From positions 1,217,695 through 1,281,694 of the forward strand of contig CAWCZS010000002.1 of assembly GCA_963800175.1 (NCBI GenBank): 64,000 bases of DNA. The letters are read 5' to 3'. The notes below the pieces were generated by a model that did no database searches, was not told the DNA's origin, and was given only the letters and a program-made list of their open reading frames with translations. This document shows, in pieces, positions 9,774 through 21,079 of the stretch; positions within the stretch are counted from its first letter, which is position 1, and each line of letters begins with the position of its first letter. The stretch is from Candidatus Dormiibacterota bacterium. Its GTDB lineage: Bacteria; Chloroflexota; Dormibacteria; Aeolococcales; Aeolococcaceae. The position numbers were made by a program, and so were the translations under genes.

Positions 9774-11219
9774 TCAGTACGAGCGGGCGAGCAGCGCGAC
9801 GGAGTTGGCCGGCTTTCCACAGGCGATGCACGGCGCGCCATCCGGCTGCCGGTCGGCACGCAGCACTCGAACCGTGAGCGCGTGCACCGCATTCTTGAGC
9901 GCGTTCTCGCACTCCTCGGTGTTGCACATGGGTCCGCTGGCGAAGACGGGGCGATCGGCGAACGCGGCGACCAGCTCGTCAAGCGTTGCGACATCGACGC
10001 TGCGCTCATCGAGGCGCGTGCGTGCGCGCGCAAAAATCGCCTGTTGCGCCGCGGTCAGCAGATCGGGCAGTTTCGCGGCAAGGCCGGCAAGCGGCACGGT
10101 TTCCTGGGTGCCGTCGACGCGATGCACCAGCGTGACGTTTCCGGCGGCGAGATCCTTGGCGCCCACCACCACGCGGAGCGGCACACCGCGCAACTCCCAG
10201 TGCGCGTACTTCTCGCCGGGGCGCATCCCGTCGCGACGATCGACTCGCAGCCGGACTCCGGCAGGGCACTCACGCTCGATCTGCGCAACCGCCTCCTCCA
10301 CCACCGCAGCGCCGGCCTCGTCGTTGCTTCGTGTGATCGGCACGACAACCACCTGTATCGGCGCGACTTTCGGCGGCAGGATCAGGCCCATGTCGTCGCC
10401 GTGCGCCATGATCACCGCGCCGACCGTCCGCGCCGACAGACCCCACGAGGTCTGAAACGGATGCTGACGCTGATTCTCGCGATCGCTGTACGCGATGCCG
10501 TATGCGCGCGTGAAATTCTGACCGAGGTGATGCGACGTGCCGGATTGCAGCGCCCACCCGTCTGACATCATCGCCTCGATGCTCACCGTGTAGCGCGCGC
10601 CAGGGAATTTCTCGGATTCGGTCTTGCGCCCTTTGATGACGGGGATCCCGAGCCAGTCCTCGGTGAGCTCGCGATAGCAGTCGAGCATCGTCTCGACCTC
10701 GTCCGCGGCCTCGCTGTCGAGCTGATGAAACGTGTGGCCTTCCTGCCAGAGAAATTCGGTGGTGCGCAGGAACAGCCGGGTGCGGTGCTCCCAGCGAACA
10801 ACGTTGCACCACTGATTGATCTTCACAGGGAGATCGCGCCAGGAGTGAATCCAGTCCGCGTACATCGAGCAGATGATCGTCTCGCTCGTGGGACGCACCG
10901 CGAGGCGCTCCTCGAGGTCCTTGCCACCACCGCGGGTCACCCACGCGACCTGCGGATCGAACCCCTCGACGTGGTCCGCCTCCTTCTGCAGGTACGACTC
11001 CGGAATGAACAGCGGGAAGTACATGTTCTCGTGCCCGGTGCGCTTGATCATGTCGTCGAGTGCGCGCTGGATGTTCTCCCACAGCGCGTAGCCGTACGGG
11101 CGGATGACCATGCAACCACGCACCGGGGAATAATCGGCGAGCTCCGCACGGCGCACGACGTCCGTGTACCAGCGATCGAAATCCTCGCTCTGCGCCGTGA
11201 TCCGCTTCTCGTCAGCCAT
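9774..11219 (-). CDS. proS: proline--tRNA ligase, archaeal/eukaryote-like type
   Basis: Start ATG at 11219 (MADEKRITAQSEDFDRWY). Motifs VRPTSETIICSMY, FLWQEGHT, SGTSHHLGQNF, an anticodon domain, a C-terminal Cys cluster (CNTEEC...CIACG) and a terminal Tyr. No insertion/editing domain. Intact. Confidence 0.92.
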   Translation of the reverse strand: MADEKRITAQSEDFDRWYTDVVRRAELADYSPVRGCMVIRPYGYALWENIQRALDDMIKRTGHENMYFPLFIPESYLQKEADHVEGFDPQVAWVTRGGGKDLEERLAVRPTSETIICSMYADWIHSWRDLPVKINQWCNVVRWEHRTRLFLRTTEFLWQEGHTFHQLDSEAADEVETMLDCYRELTEDWLGIPVIKGRKTESEKFPGARYTVSIEAMMSDGWALQSGTSHHLGQNFTRAYGIAYSDRENQRQHPFQTSWGLSARTVGAVIMAHGDDMGLILPPKVAPIQVVVVPITRSNDEAGAAVVEEAVAQIERECPAGVRLRVDRRDGMRPGEKYAHWELRGVPLRVVVGAKDLAAGNVTLVHRVDGTQETVPLAGLAAKLPDLLTAAQQAIFARARTRLDERSVDVATLDELVAAFADRPVFASGPMCNTEECENALKNAVHALTVRVLRADRQPDGAPCIACGKPANSVALLARSY

Positions 11220-11230
11220 GACGGAGCAGT

Positions 11231-12404
11231 CTACGTGAGGGCACCCTCGCGCTCGCTCAAACCAACCGGCAGCGGCTTGCCTTCTGCGATCAATCGAGCG
11301 TCTTCCTCGGCGATCTCGTGCAATTCCGCGAGCAGTGCGCCGACGAGTTCGCCCTCGGGAAGTGTGGAAACCACCTTGCCCTTGCGATACAGGATGCCTT
11401 TCTGACGCCCGCCGGCAATCCCGATGTCCGCGTGCATCCCCTCGCCCGGCCCGTTGACGACACAGCCCATGACCGACACCGTGATCGTCCGCTTGACGCC
11501 CTCGAGCGCCTTGGCCACCTGCGCCACCATCGGCACCATGTCGATCTCGAGCCGTCCGCACGTCGGGCAGGCGACAAGGTTGGGGCCGTCGCCCTTCTCC
11601 TGCAGGTTGGCGAGGATCTGCCGGGCGACCCGGACCTCCTCCTCCGGCGAGCCGACCAGGGAGACGCGGATGGTGTCCCCGATTCCTTCAGCGAGCAGGA
11701 TGCCGATACCGAGCGCGCTCTTGATGCTCCCGGTGTCCACGGGGCCTGCCTCGGTGAGCCCGAGATGCAGCGGGTAGCGGTTGCCGAGGGCCACGAACGC
11801 GCGGTTCGCGGCCACGTTCGTGAGCACGTCGCTCGCCTTGAGCGACACCTTGATATCGCGGAAGTCGAGCTCCTCGAGCACGCGGATGTGGGAGAGCGCT
11901 GCGGCCACCATGTTCTGCGCGATCTCATCGATCGTGCCGCCGCGGCCGCGTGTCAACTCCTTGCGCTGCGGGATGCTCCCGGCATTCACGCCGATGCGAA
12001 TGGGCACGTTGCGTGCTTTCGCCTCGCGCGCGATGTCGGCGACCTTTGCGCTGTCCGTGATGTTCCCGGGGTTGAGGCGCAGGCACTGCACGCCCGCTTC
12101 CAGCGCAAGCAGGGCGAGCGGCGCGTCGTAATGGATATCGGCGACCACGGGGATCGGCGACTCGCGCACGATCTCGTGCAGGCTTGCGGCAGCTTCCTTT
12201 GTGTCGCACGTGACCCGGATGATGTCGGCGCCCGCCTTCGCGGCGCGCTGGATCTGCGCGATCGTCGCCGGCGCATCCTCGGTCTGCGTCTTGGTCATCG
12301 TCTGCACCGCAATTGGTGCCGCGCCGCCGATGACGACATTCCCCACGCGCACCGGAACCGTCTTCCGGCGCGCGCTGACGGGCGAGCCGTCGGAATGTCG
12401 TCAT
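11231..12404 (-). CDS. ispG: 4-hydroxy-3-methylbut-2-enyl diphosphate synthase, frame break near the 5' end (~12365)
   Basis: SARRKTVPVRVGNVVIGGAAPIAVQTMT, DIIRVTC, RIGVNAGS, ACPTCGR, MGCVVNGPGE. The ATG at 12404 overlaps the rseP stop (ATGA) but is one frame off from the body, which only offers a GTG at 12352. Confidence 0.9.
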
Positions 12405-13693
12405 AGCCTGCTCACGTCTCCGATGGTGACATACACGGCGAAGACGAGGATCACCGCAAGACCGACCGCGGTGATTGCCGCCTCGACCTTGGGGTTGAGG
12501 CGTTTCCGACGCACCGATTCGATGAGGATGAAGAGGAGCTTGCCGCCGTCAAGGAACGGAATCGGCAGCATGTTGACGAAACCGAGGTTCATGCTGATGA
12601 AGCCGATCCACCACACGAGGCCGTTCGGCCCGAGGAATCCGTTGTTGGTGGCGGTGGCCGTTTCCTGCGCGATGCCGACCGGACCGGTGAATCCCTCCGG
12701 CCCGTTGATGCCGCCCTGCGGCGGATGGACGATGAGCCCGTAGATCCCGGTGAACTCTCCCCAGATGAAGCCGGGGATTGCGCTGAACCCGCTTGCGATG
12801 GCGGCCGGCGGGCTCTCACCATCGACCCCGGGGACGACTCCCATGATCCACGCGGCACGGATCGCGTTGTTGGTGGCGTAGCCGTCCTTGATCCCGGAAA
12901 CGGTGACGTTGGTGAAGTAGCTGGACGGCGAGCCGTCCTCGTTCTCGAGGTAGCCGCTGATCGTCACCGGTGATCCGGCGCCAAGCAGTGTGGCGGGATC
13001 ACCGTTGCCAACCGGAGCACCGTTGATCGAGGTGACGACGAGGCCGCCGAGGGGGAGCTTGCCGCCCGCGAAGGCTTTCGGGTTCGCGAGGATGTTCTCG
13101 ATCGTCAGGCGCGGCGTGAGCTTCGTTGTGTGGATGCTGCCGTCGGACGCGCTGTACACGACGGTCATCGGGTACCCGTTGCTCGCGCTCGTCGCCGCGT
13201 GGAGGTCGGTGGTGACGTCGGTGATGTTGTCCTGGCGGATCACGTGACCGTTGATCGCGAGCATGGTGTCGCCCGACTTGAGCCCTGCCACGCCCGAAGC
13301 GGCATGCGCGTCGAACAGGTACGGCGTCGGCTGCATGTCGACGATCGCGAAGATGATTCCACCGAACACGAAGTTCGCGACGATGCCGGCGGCGACCGTC
13401 GCGAAGCGGCGAGGACGCGACGCGCGATAGAAGTTGCGTTCCCCTGCATCACTTTCGCCAACAAGTCCGAGCATGCCGGCCATGCGAACGAAGCCGCCCG
13501 CCGGGATCGCGCGCACCGCGTAGAGGGTTTCACCGATCGTTCGCGAATAGAGTTTCGGGCCGAAGCCGATGGAGAACTCCTCGACCTTGATGCCGGAGAG
13601 CTTGCCGACCAGGAAATGCCCGAACTCGTGGACCGTGATGACGGTGACGATCACCAGGATGAACGCGCCGGCGTAGATGAGGAACTGGGTCAT
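12401..13693 (-). CDS. rseP: site-2 (M50) intramembrane zinc metalloprotease RseP/RasP family
   Basis: HEFGHF zinc motif in TM1, a central PDZ-like region, and a C-terminal GFVNMLPIPFLDGG motif. Intact, 430 aa. The start overlaps the dxr stop. Confidence 0.9.
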   Translation of the reverse strand: MTQFLIYAGAFILVIVTVITVHEFGHFLVGKLSGIKVEEFSIGFGPKLYSRTIGETLYAVRAIPAGGFVRMAGMLGLVGESDAGERNFYRASRPRRFATVAAGIVANFVFGGIIFAIVDMQPTPYLFDAHAASGVAGLKSGDTMLAINGHVIRQDNITDVTTDLHAATSASNGYPMTVVYSASDGSIHTTKLTPRLTIENILANPKAFAGGKLPLGGLVVTSINGAPVGNGDPATLLGAGSPVTISGYLENEDGSPSSYFTNVTVSGIKDGYATNNAIRAAWIMGVVPGVDGESPPAAIASGFSAIPGFIWGEFTGIYGLIVHPPQGGINGPEGFTGPVGIAQETATATNNGFLGPNGLVWWIGFISMNLGFVNMLPIPFLDGGKLLFILIESVRRKRLNPKVEAAITAVGLAVILVFAVYVTIGDVSRL

Positions 13694-14889
13694 CGTGCCG
13701 CGACGGCCTGGCCGGTGTTCGTCCGAACAAAGTCACGGGCCCAGGCGTCCGCGGCGAGCACGCCGTCGAGTGTCGACGCGTCACCGTCACCGAATGCGGC
13801 AAGTGCCGCGCTCACGAGCGGAACAATCTCGTCGAAGCGGGACTGCCCGGTGGTGAACGCGGTCACCGCCTCCTCGTTGGCGGCGTTGAAGACGCACGGG
13901 GCGAGGCCGCCTCGCTCTCCGGTGCTCTTGGCAAGCGCGATCGCGGGGAACCGCTCGCCATCTGCGGTCAGGAACTCGAGCGGCGACGCATCGCGAAGAT
14001 CGAGGTGCGGGCCGACCCCCGGCAGGCGCTCACCGTCGGCCAGCGCCAGCGCGATCGGTACCCGCATGTCCGGGACACCGAGCTGCGCCACCACGGCCCC
14101 ATCACGGAACTCGACCCAGCTGTGCACGATGCTCGTCGGCTGGATGGCGACCTCGATCGAGGCGTATGGCGTGTCGAAGAGGAAGTGCGCCTCGATGATC
14201 TCGAGCCCCTTGTTCATCATCGTGGCCGAGTCGATCGTCACCTTCGGCCCCATGTTCCAAGTGGGGTGCGCGAGCGCCTCAGCCGGCGTGATCGACGCAA
14301 ACGTGTCGAGCGGGCGGCGCAGGAACGGACCGCCACTCGCGGTGAGCACCAACCGGAGCACCGAGGCCGGATCCTCGCCGCGGAGGCACTGCCAGAGTGC
14401 TGAATGCTCGCTGTCGATCGGGATGATGCGGGCCCCGGCCGCCGCGGCGCGCGCTTTGACGAGTTCCCCTGCCATGACCAGGACTTCCTTGGTTGCGGTC
14501 GCGACGGTGGCTCCCGCGTCGATCGCCGCCAGCGTCGGCCTGAGCGCGGCCGCACCGGTGATCGCCACGCAGACGACATCGGCGTCCATGGCCGCGATGT
14601 CGCAGGCGGCGTCCATGCCGACCGCGCAACCCGCCGGGAGCGTGCCGTTTGGATCGCCGTGGACCAGCGCCGTGCGGGCGACGCCGAAGCGTGAGGCGAT
14701 CGCGGCGAGAGCAACACCGTCGGTGCCGGCGACGGCTCCGACGAGCTCGAACCGGTCTGGGAACTGGGCGATCACGTCGCACGCCTGACGGCCGATCGAA
14801 CCGGTGGCGCCCAGGAGGACGACGCGTCGGCGGGGCGTGGAATGTGTCACTTGTGCAGAGATGCCTCGGTTCTCAGTAGAGCAGAGCAC
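13690..14889 (-). CDS. dxr: 1-deoxy-D-xylulose 5-phosphate reductoisomerase
   Basis: VVLLGATGSIGRQ, IPIDSEHSALWQCL, LTASGGPF, HPTWNMGPKVTIDSATMMNKGLE. Start is GTG at 14889 or GTG at 14850. Confidence 0.92.
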   Translation of the reverse strand: MLCSTENRGISAQVTHSTPRRRVVLLGATGSIGRQACDVIAQFPDRFELVGAVAGTDGVALAAIASRFGVARTALVHGDPNGTLPAGCAVGMDAACDIAAMDADVVCVAITGAAALRPTLAAIDAGATVATATKEVLVMAGELVKARAAAAGARIIPIDSEHSALWQCLRGEDPASVLRLVLTASGGPFLRRPLDTFASITPAEALAHPTWNMGPKVTIDSATMMNKGLEIIEAHFLFDTPYASIEVAIQPTSIVHSWVEFRDGAVVAQLGVPDMRVPIALALADGERLPGVGPHLDLRDASPLEFLTADGERFPAIALAKSTGERGGLAPCVFNAANEEAVTAFTTGQSRFDEIVPLVSAALAAFGDGDASTLDGVLAADAWARDFVRTNTGQAVAAR

Positions 14890-14908
14890 GCCACCGCTTT
14901 CGTCGCGG

Positions 14909-15718
14909 TTACGAGAATGCGATCAGCTTCAGATAGCAATATACGACTGGCGCAAGCAGCACAAGACTGTCAGCTCGATCCAGGATGCCGCCGTGGCCGG
15001 GGATGAGCGTGCCCGAGTCCTTGACGCCGGCTTCGCGCTTGATCGCCGACTCGACGAGATCGCCGCCCTGCGCCGCGATCGCCATGAGCGCCCCGAGGCC
15101 GGCGCCGAGCGGGACGCTCAGGCCGACCAGGAGGGGGCCGGCAATCGCTCCCACGAGGATTGAGGCGACGGCGCCGGCAATCGCTCCCTCGACCGACTTG
15201 TGCGGCGAGATTCGCTGAAAGAACGGATGCCGTCCGATGGCGGATCCGACGAGGTATGCGGCGGTGTCGCCGATCACCGCTCCGGCCAGGGCGAGCACGA
15301 CCAGGCGGAACCCGAGATGCGTGGTATCCGTGACGTGCCAGCGGTAGATCGCGACCCAGAAGCCGAGACCGAGGCCGATGTACGTCGCGCCCCCGACGGC
15401 GAGCGCCCAGCCCGCGAAGCTCTGCCGGATGCCGAGGCCGGCGAGGAGCCCGACGACCACTGCGGCCCCGAAGCCCCAGTCCGCAGCCATGTCGGCCGCT
15501 GGGAGGACGAAACGGATCGCGAGCCAGAGGCTGAGCGGCAGGATCAGCCACACCGGTGGTATCGGCCCGGTGCGTCCGAGCAGCGCGCGCAATTCCCACG
15601 CGCCGATCACGGCTCCCGCGCCAACGACGGTGGCGACTGCGGGCGTGCCGATCCAGAGCGCTCCGACGATCACTGCGACGAGCACGACTCCGGAAACGAC
15701 CCGGAGAGCGAGGTTCAT
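14909..15718 (-). CDS. cdsA: phosphatidate cytidylyltransferase
   Basis: Polytopic membrane protein ending in SAIKREAGVKDSGTLIPGHGGILDRADSL. Intact. Confidence 0.9.
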   Translation of the reverse strand: MNLALRVVSGVVLVAVIVGALWIGTPAVATVVGAGAVIGAWELRALLGRTGPIPPVWLILPLSLWLAIRFVLPAADMAADWGFGAAVVVGLLAGLGIRQSFAGWALAVGGATYIGLGLGFWVAIYRWHVTDTTHLGFRLVVLALAGAVIGDTAAYLVGSAIGRHPFFQRISPHKSVEGAIAGAVASILVGAIAGPLLVGLSVPLGAGLGALMAIAAQGGDLVESAIKREAGVKDSGTLIPGHGGILDRADSLVLLAPVVYCYLKLIAFS

Positions 15719-16491
15719 TCCGCCGGGAGCGCGTGCGCGGGGATGCGCTGGTCAGGCTCCGGGATGCCCCCGAATTTCCGCTCGCGATTCGAATAGTCGG
15801 TGAGCGCATCGTGGATGGCGTTCTCACCGAAGTCGGGCCAGAGCGTGTCGGTGACGTAGAGCTCCGCATACGCGGCCTGCCAGAGCAGGAAATTGCTGAT
15901 ACGCAATTCGCCGGCAGTGCGCACGATGAGATCGGGATCCGGGAGTCCGCGCGTGTACAGCGCATCGCTGACGACGGATTCGTCCAGCGCCGTGAGGTCG
16001 GCTCCCGACTCCGCGAGCTCGCGAACAGCGTCAACGATCTCTCGCCGTCCGCCGTAGTTGATCGCGACGTTGAGGATTGCCGATGTGTCGCCGGCGGTGA
16101 GCGCTTCAGCCTGCGCCACCTTGCGCTGCAGCGATTCGCTGAGCCGGGCGCGGTCGCCGAGGACTCGAATCTGCACGCCGTTCTCGTGCAGTTCGCCGAC
16201 CTCGCGATCGATCGTCTCGCCGAAGAGCCGCATCAGTGCGGTGACCTCGCCGCGCGGGCGCTGCCAGTTCTCGGTGCTGAAGGCATACAGCGTGAGGATG
16301 TGCACACCGGCCTCGTGACACGCCTCCATCACGGGCCGGATGGCGCGGACTCCCGCGCGATGCCCCGCGACGCGAGGGAGATGGCGCTGCCGTGCCCACC
16401 GACCGTTGCCGTCCATGATGATGCCGACATGCCGCGGAAGGTCTGCCCTTGCGGGGAGCGGGATCGCGGCGGGAGCGGGTGGGCGCTGCAT
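15715..16491 (-). CDS. uppS: di-trans,poly-cis-undecaprenyl-diphosphate synthase
   Basis: HVGIIMDGNGRWA, TLYAFSTENWQRP, RTAGELRISNFLLWQAAYAELY. Intact. Confidence 0.93.
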   Translation of the reverse strand: MQRPPAPAAIPLPARADLPRHVGIIMDGNGRWARQRHLPRVAGHRAGVRAIRPVMEACHEAGVHILTLYAFSTENWQRPRGEVTALMRLFGETIDREVGELHENGVQIRVLGDRARLSESLQRKVAQAEALTAGDTSAILNVAINYGGRREIVDAVRELAESGADLTALDESVVSDALYTRGLPDPDLIVRTAGELRISNFLLWQAAYAELYVTDTLWPDFGENAIHDALTDYSNRERKFGGIPEPDQRIPAHALPAE

Positions 16492-16549
16492 TGTGGGGCT
16501 CGGGGTCAGAACGCCCCGAAGGCATCAGCCGTTTCGGCGCGGGTCACCG

Positions 16550-17143
16550 TCAGACCTCGAGGATCTCAGCCTCCTTCCTCTGGATGGCGTCGTCGATTCT
16601 CGCGATGAATTGATCGGTGATCTTCTGCACATCGATGAGCTTCGTGGCCACCTCGTCCTTGCTGACGTGGCCCTCTTTCTCGACGCGTCGGAGGTGGTCG
16701 ACCTCGTCGCGTCGGATGTTGCGCACCGCAACGCGCGCTTCCTCGGCCTTGCGGTGGATCACCTTGACGAGGTCCTTGCGACGTTCCTCGGTGAGCTGCG
16801 GAATCGCGACGCGGATGACCTGGCCGTCGTTGCTCGGGTTCAACCCCAGGTCGCTCTTCTGGATCGCCTTCTCGATGGCGCCGAGCGAGGTGCGGTCATA
16901 CGGGGAGATGACCAGCATGCTGGCCTCCGGGACGCTGATGCCGGCGATGCTCTGGAGGGGTGTCGGCGAGCCGTAGTAGTCGACGTGCAGCCGTTCCAGC
17001 AACGCCGGCGACGCGCGTCCGGTGCGCACGGTCATCAACTCGCGATGCAACGCCTCGACGCTCTTCTCCATGCGCAGATTCGCGTCAGCGATCCGCTGCG
17101 CGATCTGTTGCTCTGGGTCGTCCGGTTTGTCGCGGTCGGTCAC
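16550..17143 (-). CDS. frr: ribosome recycling factor
   Basis: 197 aa. [50 protein letters not shown]. Confidence 0.95.
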   Translation of the reverse strand: MTDRDKPDDPEQQIAQRIADANLRMEKSVEALHRELMTVRTGRASPALLERLHVDYYGSPTPLQSIAGISVPEASMLVISPYDRTSLGAIEKAIQKSDLGLNPSNDGQVIRVAIPQLTEERRKDLVKVIHRKAEEARVAVRNIRRDEVDHLRRVEKEGHVSKDEVATKLIDVQKITDQFIARIDDAIQRKEAEILEV

Positions 17144-17928
17144 TCGACCTCCCCCTCCGCATCGACGCGGGTCCCGATCTGCTCACCGAGAATCACGCGC
17201 TCGATATTGCCCTGTGTGAAGAGGTCGAAGACGATGATCGGCATGCGGTTGTCCATGCAGAGCGTCACGGCCGTGCTGTCCATGATCGCGAGGCCGCGGT
17301 TGAGCACGTCCATGTACGTGAGGTTCGGCAGCCGCGTCGCGGTGGTGACCTTGTTGGGATCGGCGCTGTAGATGCCGTCCACCTTGGTGGCCTTGAGCAG
17401 CACATCGGCGCCGATCTCGACGGCGCGCAGCGCCGCAGTCGTGTCAGTCGTGAAGAACGGGTTGCCGGTACCGGCCGCGAGGATGACGAGCCGGCCCTTC
17501 TCGAGGTGGCGAATGGCGCGACGCGGGATGAACGGCTCGGCGACCTGCTGCATGGCGATCGCGCTCTGCAGGCGGCAGTCGATGCCGAACTGCTCGATGG
17601 CGTCGCGCAGCGCAAGCGCGTTGATCACCGTCGCGAGCATGCCCATGTAGTCCGCGGTGACGCGGTCGACACCATGCTGCGCCGCTTCAGTGCCGCGCAC
17701 GATGTTGCCGCCGCCAACGACGATGGCGACTTGGACGCCGCGCGCGACGATGTGCGTGAGTTGCTCCGCGATGTGGTGCGCCGCGCCGTAATCGATCCCA
17801 TAGCCAGCGGTGCCGAGCATCGCCTCACCACCGAGCTTCAGGATCACGCGCCCGAACACCGGGCGGCGTCCGTCACTCGGGTGCTCCGCGATGGCGGCAA
17901 CTTCCACGCGAGGTGCTCCGAGGCTCAC
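17140..17928 (-). CDS. pyrH: UMP kinase
   Basis: [52 protein letters not shown]. Carries an N-terminal extension of about 25 aa or has a later start. Confidence 0.93.
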   Translation of the reverse strand: MSLGAPRVEVAAIAEHPSDGRRPVFGRVILKLGGEAMLGTAGYGIDYGAAHHIAEQLTHIVARGVQVAIVVGGGNIVRGTEAAQHGVDRVTADYMGMLATVINALALRDAIEQFGIDCRLQSAIAMQQVAEPFIPRRAIRHLEKGRLVILAAGTGNPFFTTDTTAALRAVEIGADVLLKATKVDGIYSADPNKVTTATRLPNLTYMDVLNRGLAIMDSTAVTLCMDNRMPIIVFDLFTQGNIERVILGEQIGTRVDAEGEVE

Positions 17929-18566
17929 TCGGCCGCCGGCGCGTCGGCGCCGTCACTGTCGGCGCTCTCCTCGCCCACGGCGAAGCGGGAGAATCGCGCC
18001 ACCGAGATGTTCTCGCCAAGCTTGGCGATGGCTTCCGTCACCAGGTCACCGACCTTCTTCTTGTCGTCCTTGATCCACGGCTGCTCGAGCAGGCAGATCT
18101 GCGAGAAGAATGCATCGAGCTTGCCGGCGAGGATCTTGTCGACGATATTCTCAGGCTTGCCCTGCACCTGCTCGCGATAGACGGCGCGCTCGCGCTCGAC
18201 GATCTCCGCGGGGACGTCCTCGCGGCGGACGTACGTCGGCGCGGCGCCGACGACCTGGAGCGCCAGCGTGTGCGCGAGGTCCTTGAAGTCGTCGGTCTTG
18301 GCGACGAAGTCGGTCTCGCAGTTGAGCTCGATGAGCGCGCCCTGCTTGGCGATGCCGCCGGCGTGGTGGATGTACGCGTCGACGATGCCTTCGTTGGCGA
18401 CGCGTCCGGCCTTGGCGGCTGCACGCGAGATTCCCTTGGCGCGCAACCAGTCCTCGGCCTTGTCCATGTCGCCGTCGCACTCGACGAGGGCTCGCTTGCA
18501 GTCCATCATGCCCGCGCCGGTGCGCTCGCGCAGGGCTTTCACCATGGCTGCTGTGACCTCTGCCAT
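17925..18566 (-). CDS. tsf: translation elongation factor Ts (short form)
   Basis: [22 protein letters not shown] (UBA-like), [13 protein letters not shown]. 213 aa. The start overlaps the rpsB stop. Confidence 0.93.
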   Translation of the reverse strand: MAEVTAAMVKALRERTGAGMMDCKRALVECDGDMDKAEDWLRAKGISRAAAKAGRVANEGIVDAYIHHAGGIAKQGALIELNCETDFVAKTDDFKDLAHTLALQVVGAAPTYVRREDVPAEIVERERAVYREQVQGKPENIVDKILAGKLDAFFSQICLLEQPWIKDDKKKVGDLVTEAIAKLGENISVARFSRFAVGEESADSDGADAPAAE

Positions 18567-19460
18567 CAGGCTTCTGCCTCCCCTTCTGCGGCTGTCGCGC
18601 CGGCAGCGACCGGCTCCTCGGTTGCGGCAGCGGCAGCTTCCGCTGCGACCGCGTCGGCGTGCGCCGCCGCTGCCGCGGCCTGCTCGGCCGCGACGACCGC
18701 CGCTGCTTCCGCGGCGACGGCCGCATCGTGTTCACGCTTCTCGGCTTCCTGCCGCTCGAGCATCTCGCGCTCGCTGAACTGCTGCAGCCCTTCGGCGATC
18801 GCCTTGCCGATCTCGCTCACGATCAGCCGGCAGCTGCGCATCGCGTCGTCGTTGCCCGGGATGACGACCTGGATGTCGTCCGGGTCGCAGTTGGTGTCGA
18901 CGATCGCCACGATCGGGATGTTCGAGCTTGTTGGCCTCGGTGACCGCGATGCGCTCCTTCTTGCAGTCGATCACGAAGACCGCGCCGGGAAGCCGCTTCA
19001 TGTCGGCCATGCCCGCGAAGTTGTTCTCGAGGCGCTCGAGGTCGTCCTTCGCGTCGTTGGCCTCCTTGCCGCTCATGCGCTCGAAGTCGCCCTTCGACTG
19101 CATGACGCGCAGCTCGGCGAGGCGGCGCAGGCGGCGCTGGATGACCGTGAAGTTGGTGAGCATCCCGCCCATCCAACGATGGGTGACGTAGGCCTGCCCG
19201 GTGTTGCGGCAGACCTCCTCGATGACGTCCTGGGCCTGCTTCTTGGTACCGACGAAGAGGACCTTCTGGCCGCTCCCGACGATGTCCCGAAGGTATTCGC
19301 AGGCGACGTCGAGCTGCTTCTGGGTCTGCTCGAGGTCGATGATGTGGATGCCGTTGCGCGCCGTGAAGATGTACGGGCGCATCCGGGGATTCCATCTGCT
19401 GGTCTGGTGGCCGAAGTGAACTCCAGCCTCCAGCAGTTGACGCAGTGTTACTGCCGGCAT
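18566..19460 (-). CDS. rpsB: 30S ribosomal protein S2 with Ala/Glu-rich C-terminal tail, one frame break near 18915
   Basis: ATG at 19460 preceded by [49 protein letters not shown] | (I)[11 protein letters not shown] in the next frame. The tail is [37 protein letters not shown]. Confidence 0.92.
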
Positions 19461-19621
19461 GGGCGGTCGCTCCTGTTGGGGTGGTGTGGTGCCTCCGTCC
19501 GGGGTGAACCGCGGCGGCGACCCGGGGGCACCGGGCACCCGCCGGCCGCGTGAAACCGGACGTGTGAGATGAGCCGAGTGTACCAGCCCTGACCGTCGCC
19601 TACACCTGCCCTCCAGTGGGG

Positions 19622-21079
19622 TCAGAGCACGTAGCGGCGGAGATCCTCGTTGCCCACCAGGTCTCCGAGCCGCGAGCCGACATACGCGGCATCGATGACG
19701 ACGGTGGTCTCGGCCAGTTCCTCGGCACCGAAGGAGACGTCCTCGAGCACCTTCTCCATGATCGTGAAGAGCCGGCGCGCGCCGAGGTTCTCGTCCTCCT
19801 CGTTGACGCGGTACGCCTGAGCGGCGAGCTCGCGAATCCCGTCCTCGCGTGAAGTCGAGCGTCACGTGCTCGGTGCCGAGCAGCGCCGCGTACTGCTTGG
19901 TCAGCGCGTTGCCGGGCTCGGTGAGGATGCGCACGAGATCGTCCTCGCTGAGCGGCTTCAGCTCGACACGGATCGGGAAGCGGCCCTGGAACTCGGGGAT
20001 GAGATCGCTGGGCCGGGCGGCGGTGAACGCGCCCGCGGCGATGAAGAGGACGTGGTCGGTGCGCACGGGTCCGTAGCGGGTGTGGACGGTCGAGCCCTCG
20101 AGGATCGGGAGCAGGTCGCGCTGGACACCCTCGCCGCTGACGTCGGGGCCGCGATCGGAGGCCGGACCGCAGATCTTGTCGACCTCGTCGATGAACACCA
20201 CGCCGGAATCCTCGACGAGGCGGATCGCGTCGTCGTACACGCGGTCCATGTCGATGAGCCGGTCGGTCTCCTCGTCGATGAGCACGTCGCGGGCGTCGGC
20301 CACAGTCATCAGCTTCTTGCGTTTGCGCGGTGGCGCGAGCTGCGAGAAGAAGTCCGACAGCGAGACGCCGACCTCCTCGAGGCCGGTCCCGGTGAATCCC
20401 TCGAATGCGGGCTGGAACGGCTCGTCGACCTCGATGTCGACGGGTGCGTCCTCCATGGCGCCCGAACTCGAGCCGGCGCGCGAGGCGGCGGCGCCGGGCG
20501 CGGCTCCGGCGTGCCTCAGCCGCCGTGCGCTCGGGGTCTGGCGCCTGTTCAGCGGTGCTGGCCGCGGCTGCTCGCTTGCGCTCGTTTGCGTCATGGAGGT
20601 TGTCGACGATCCGCGAGTCGGCGAGGCACGCGTGCCCGAGGTTCGACGTCGGCGACGCGGTCTTCGTGCAGCTCGGTGATCGTCTGCTCCAGCAGGTCGC
20701 GGAGGATCGACTCGACGTCGCGACCGACGTAGCCCACCTCGGTGAACTTGGTGGCCTCGACCTTGATGAACGGCGACTCGGTGAGCCGTGCGACGCGCCG
20801 TGCGATCTCCGTCTTCCCGACCCCCGTCGGGCCGATCATCAGGATGTTCTTCGGCAGCACCTCATCGCGCATGTCGTCGGGCAGCATCCGGCGCCGGACC
20901 CGGTTGCGCAGCGCGATGGCGACGGACCGCTTGGCCTGGTGCTGGCCGATGATGTACTCGTCGAGCCGGCGGACCACCTCGGCGGGACGCAGCGTATCGC
21001 CCGCCACCGCTTCGACCAGGTCGTGGTGGGTTTCGGGGGTTTCCTCGGGGCCGGGCTCGACGGCCGCGGCGCTGGTCAC
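19622..21079 (-). CDS. hslU: ATP-dependent protease ATPase subunit HslU, about 3 frame breaks (~20625, ~20465, ~19848)
   Basis: [52 protein letters not shown]-domain ...[74 protein letters not shown], ends EDLRRYVL*. Confidence 0.9.
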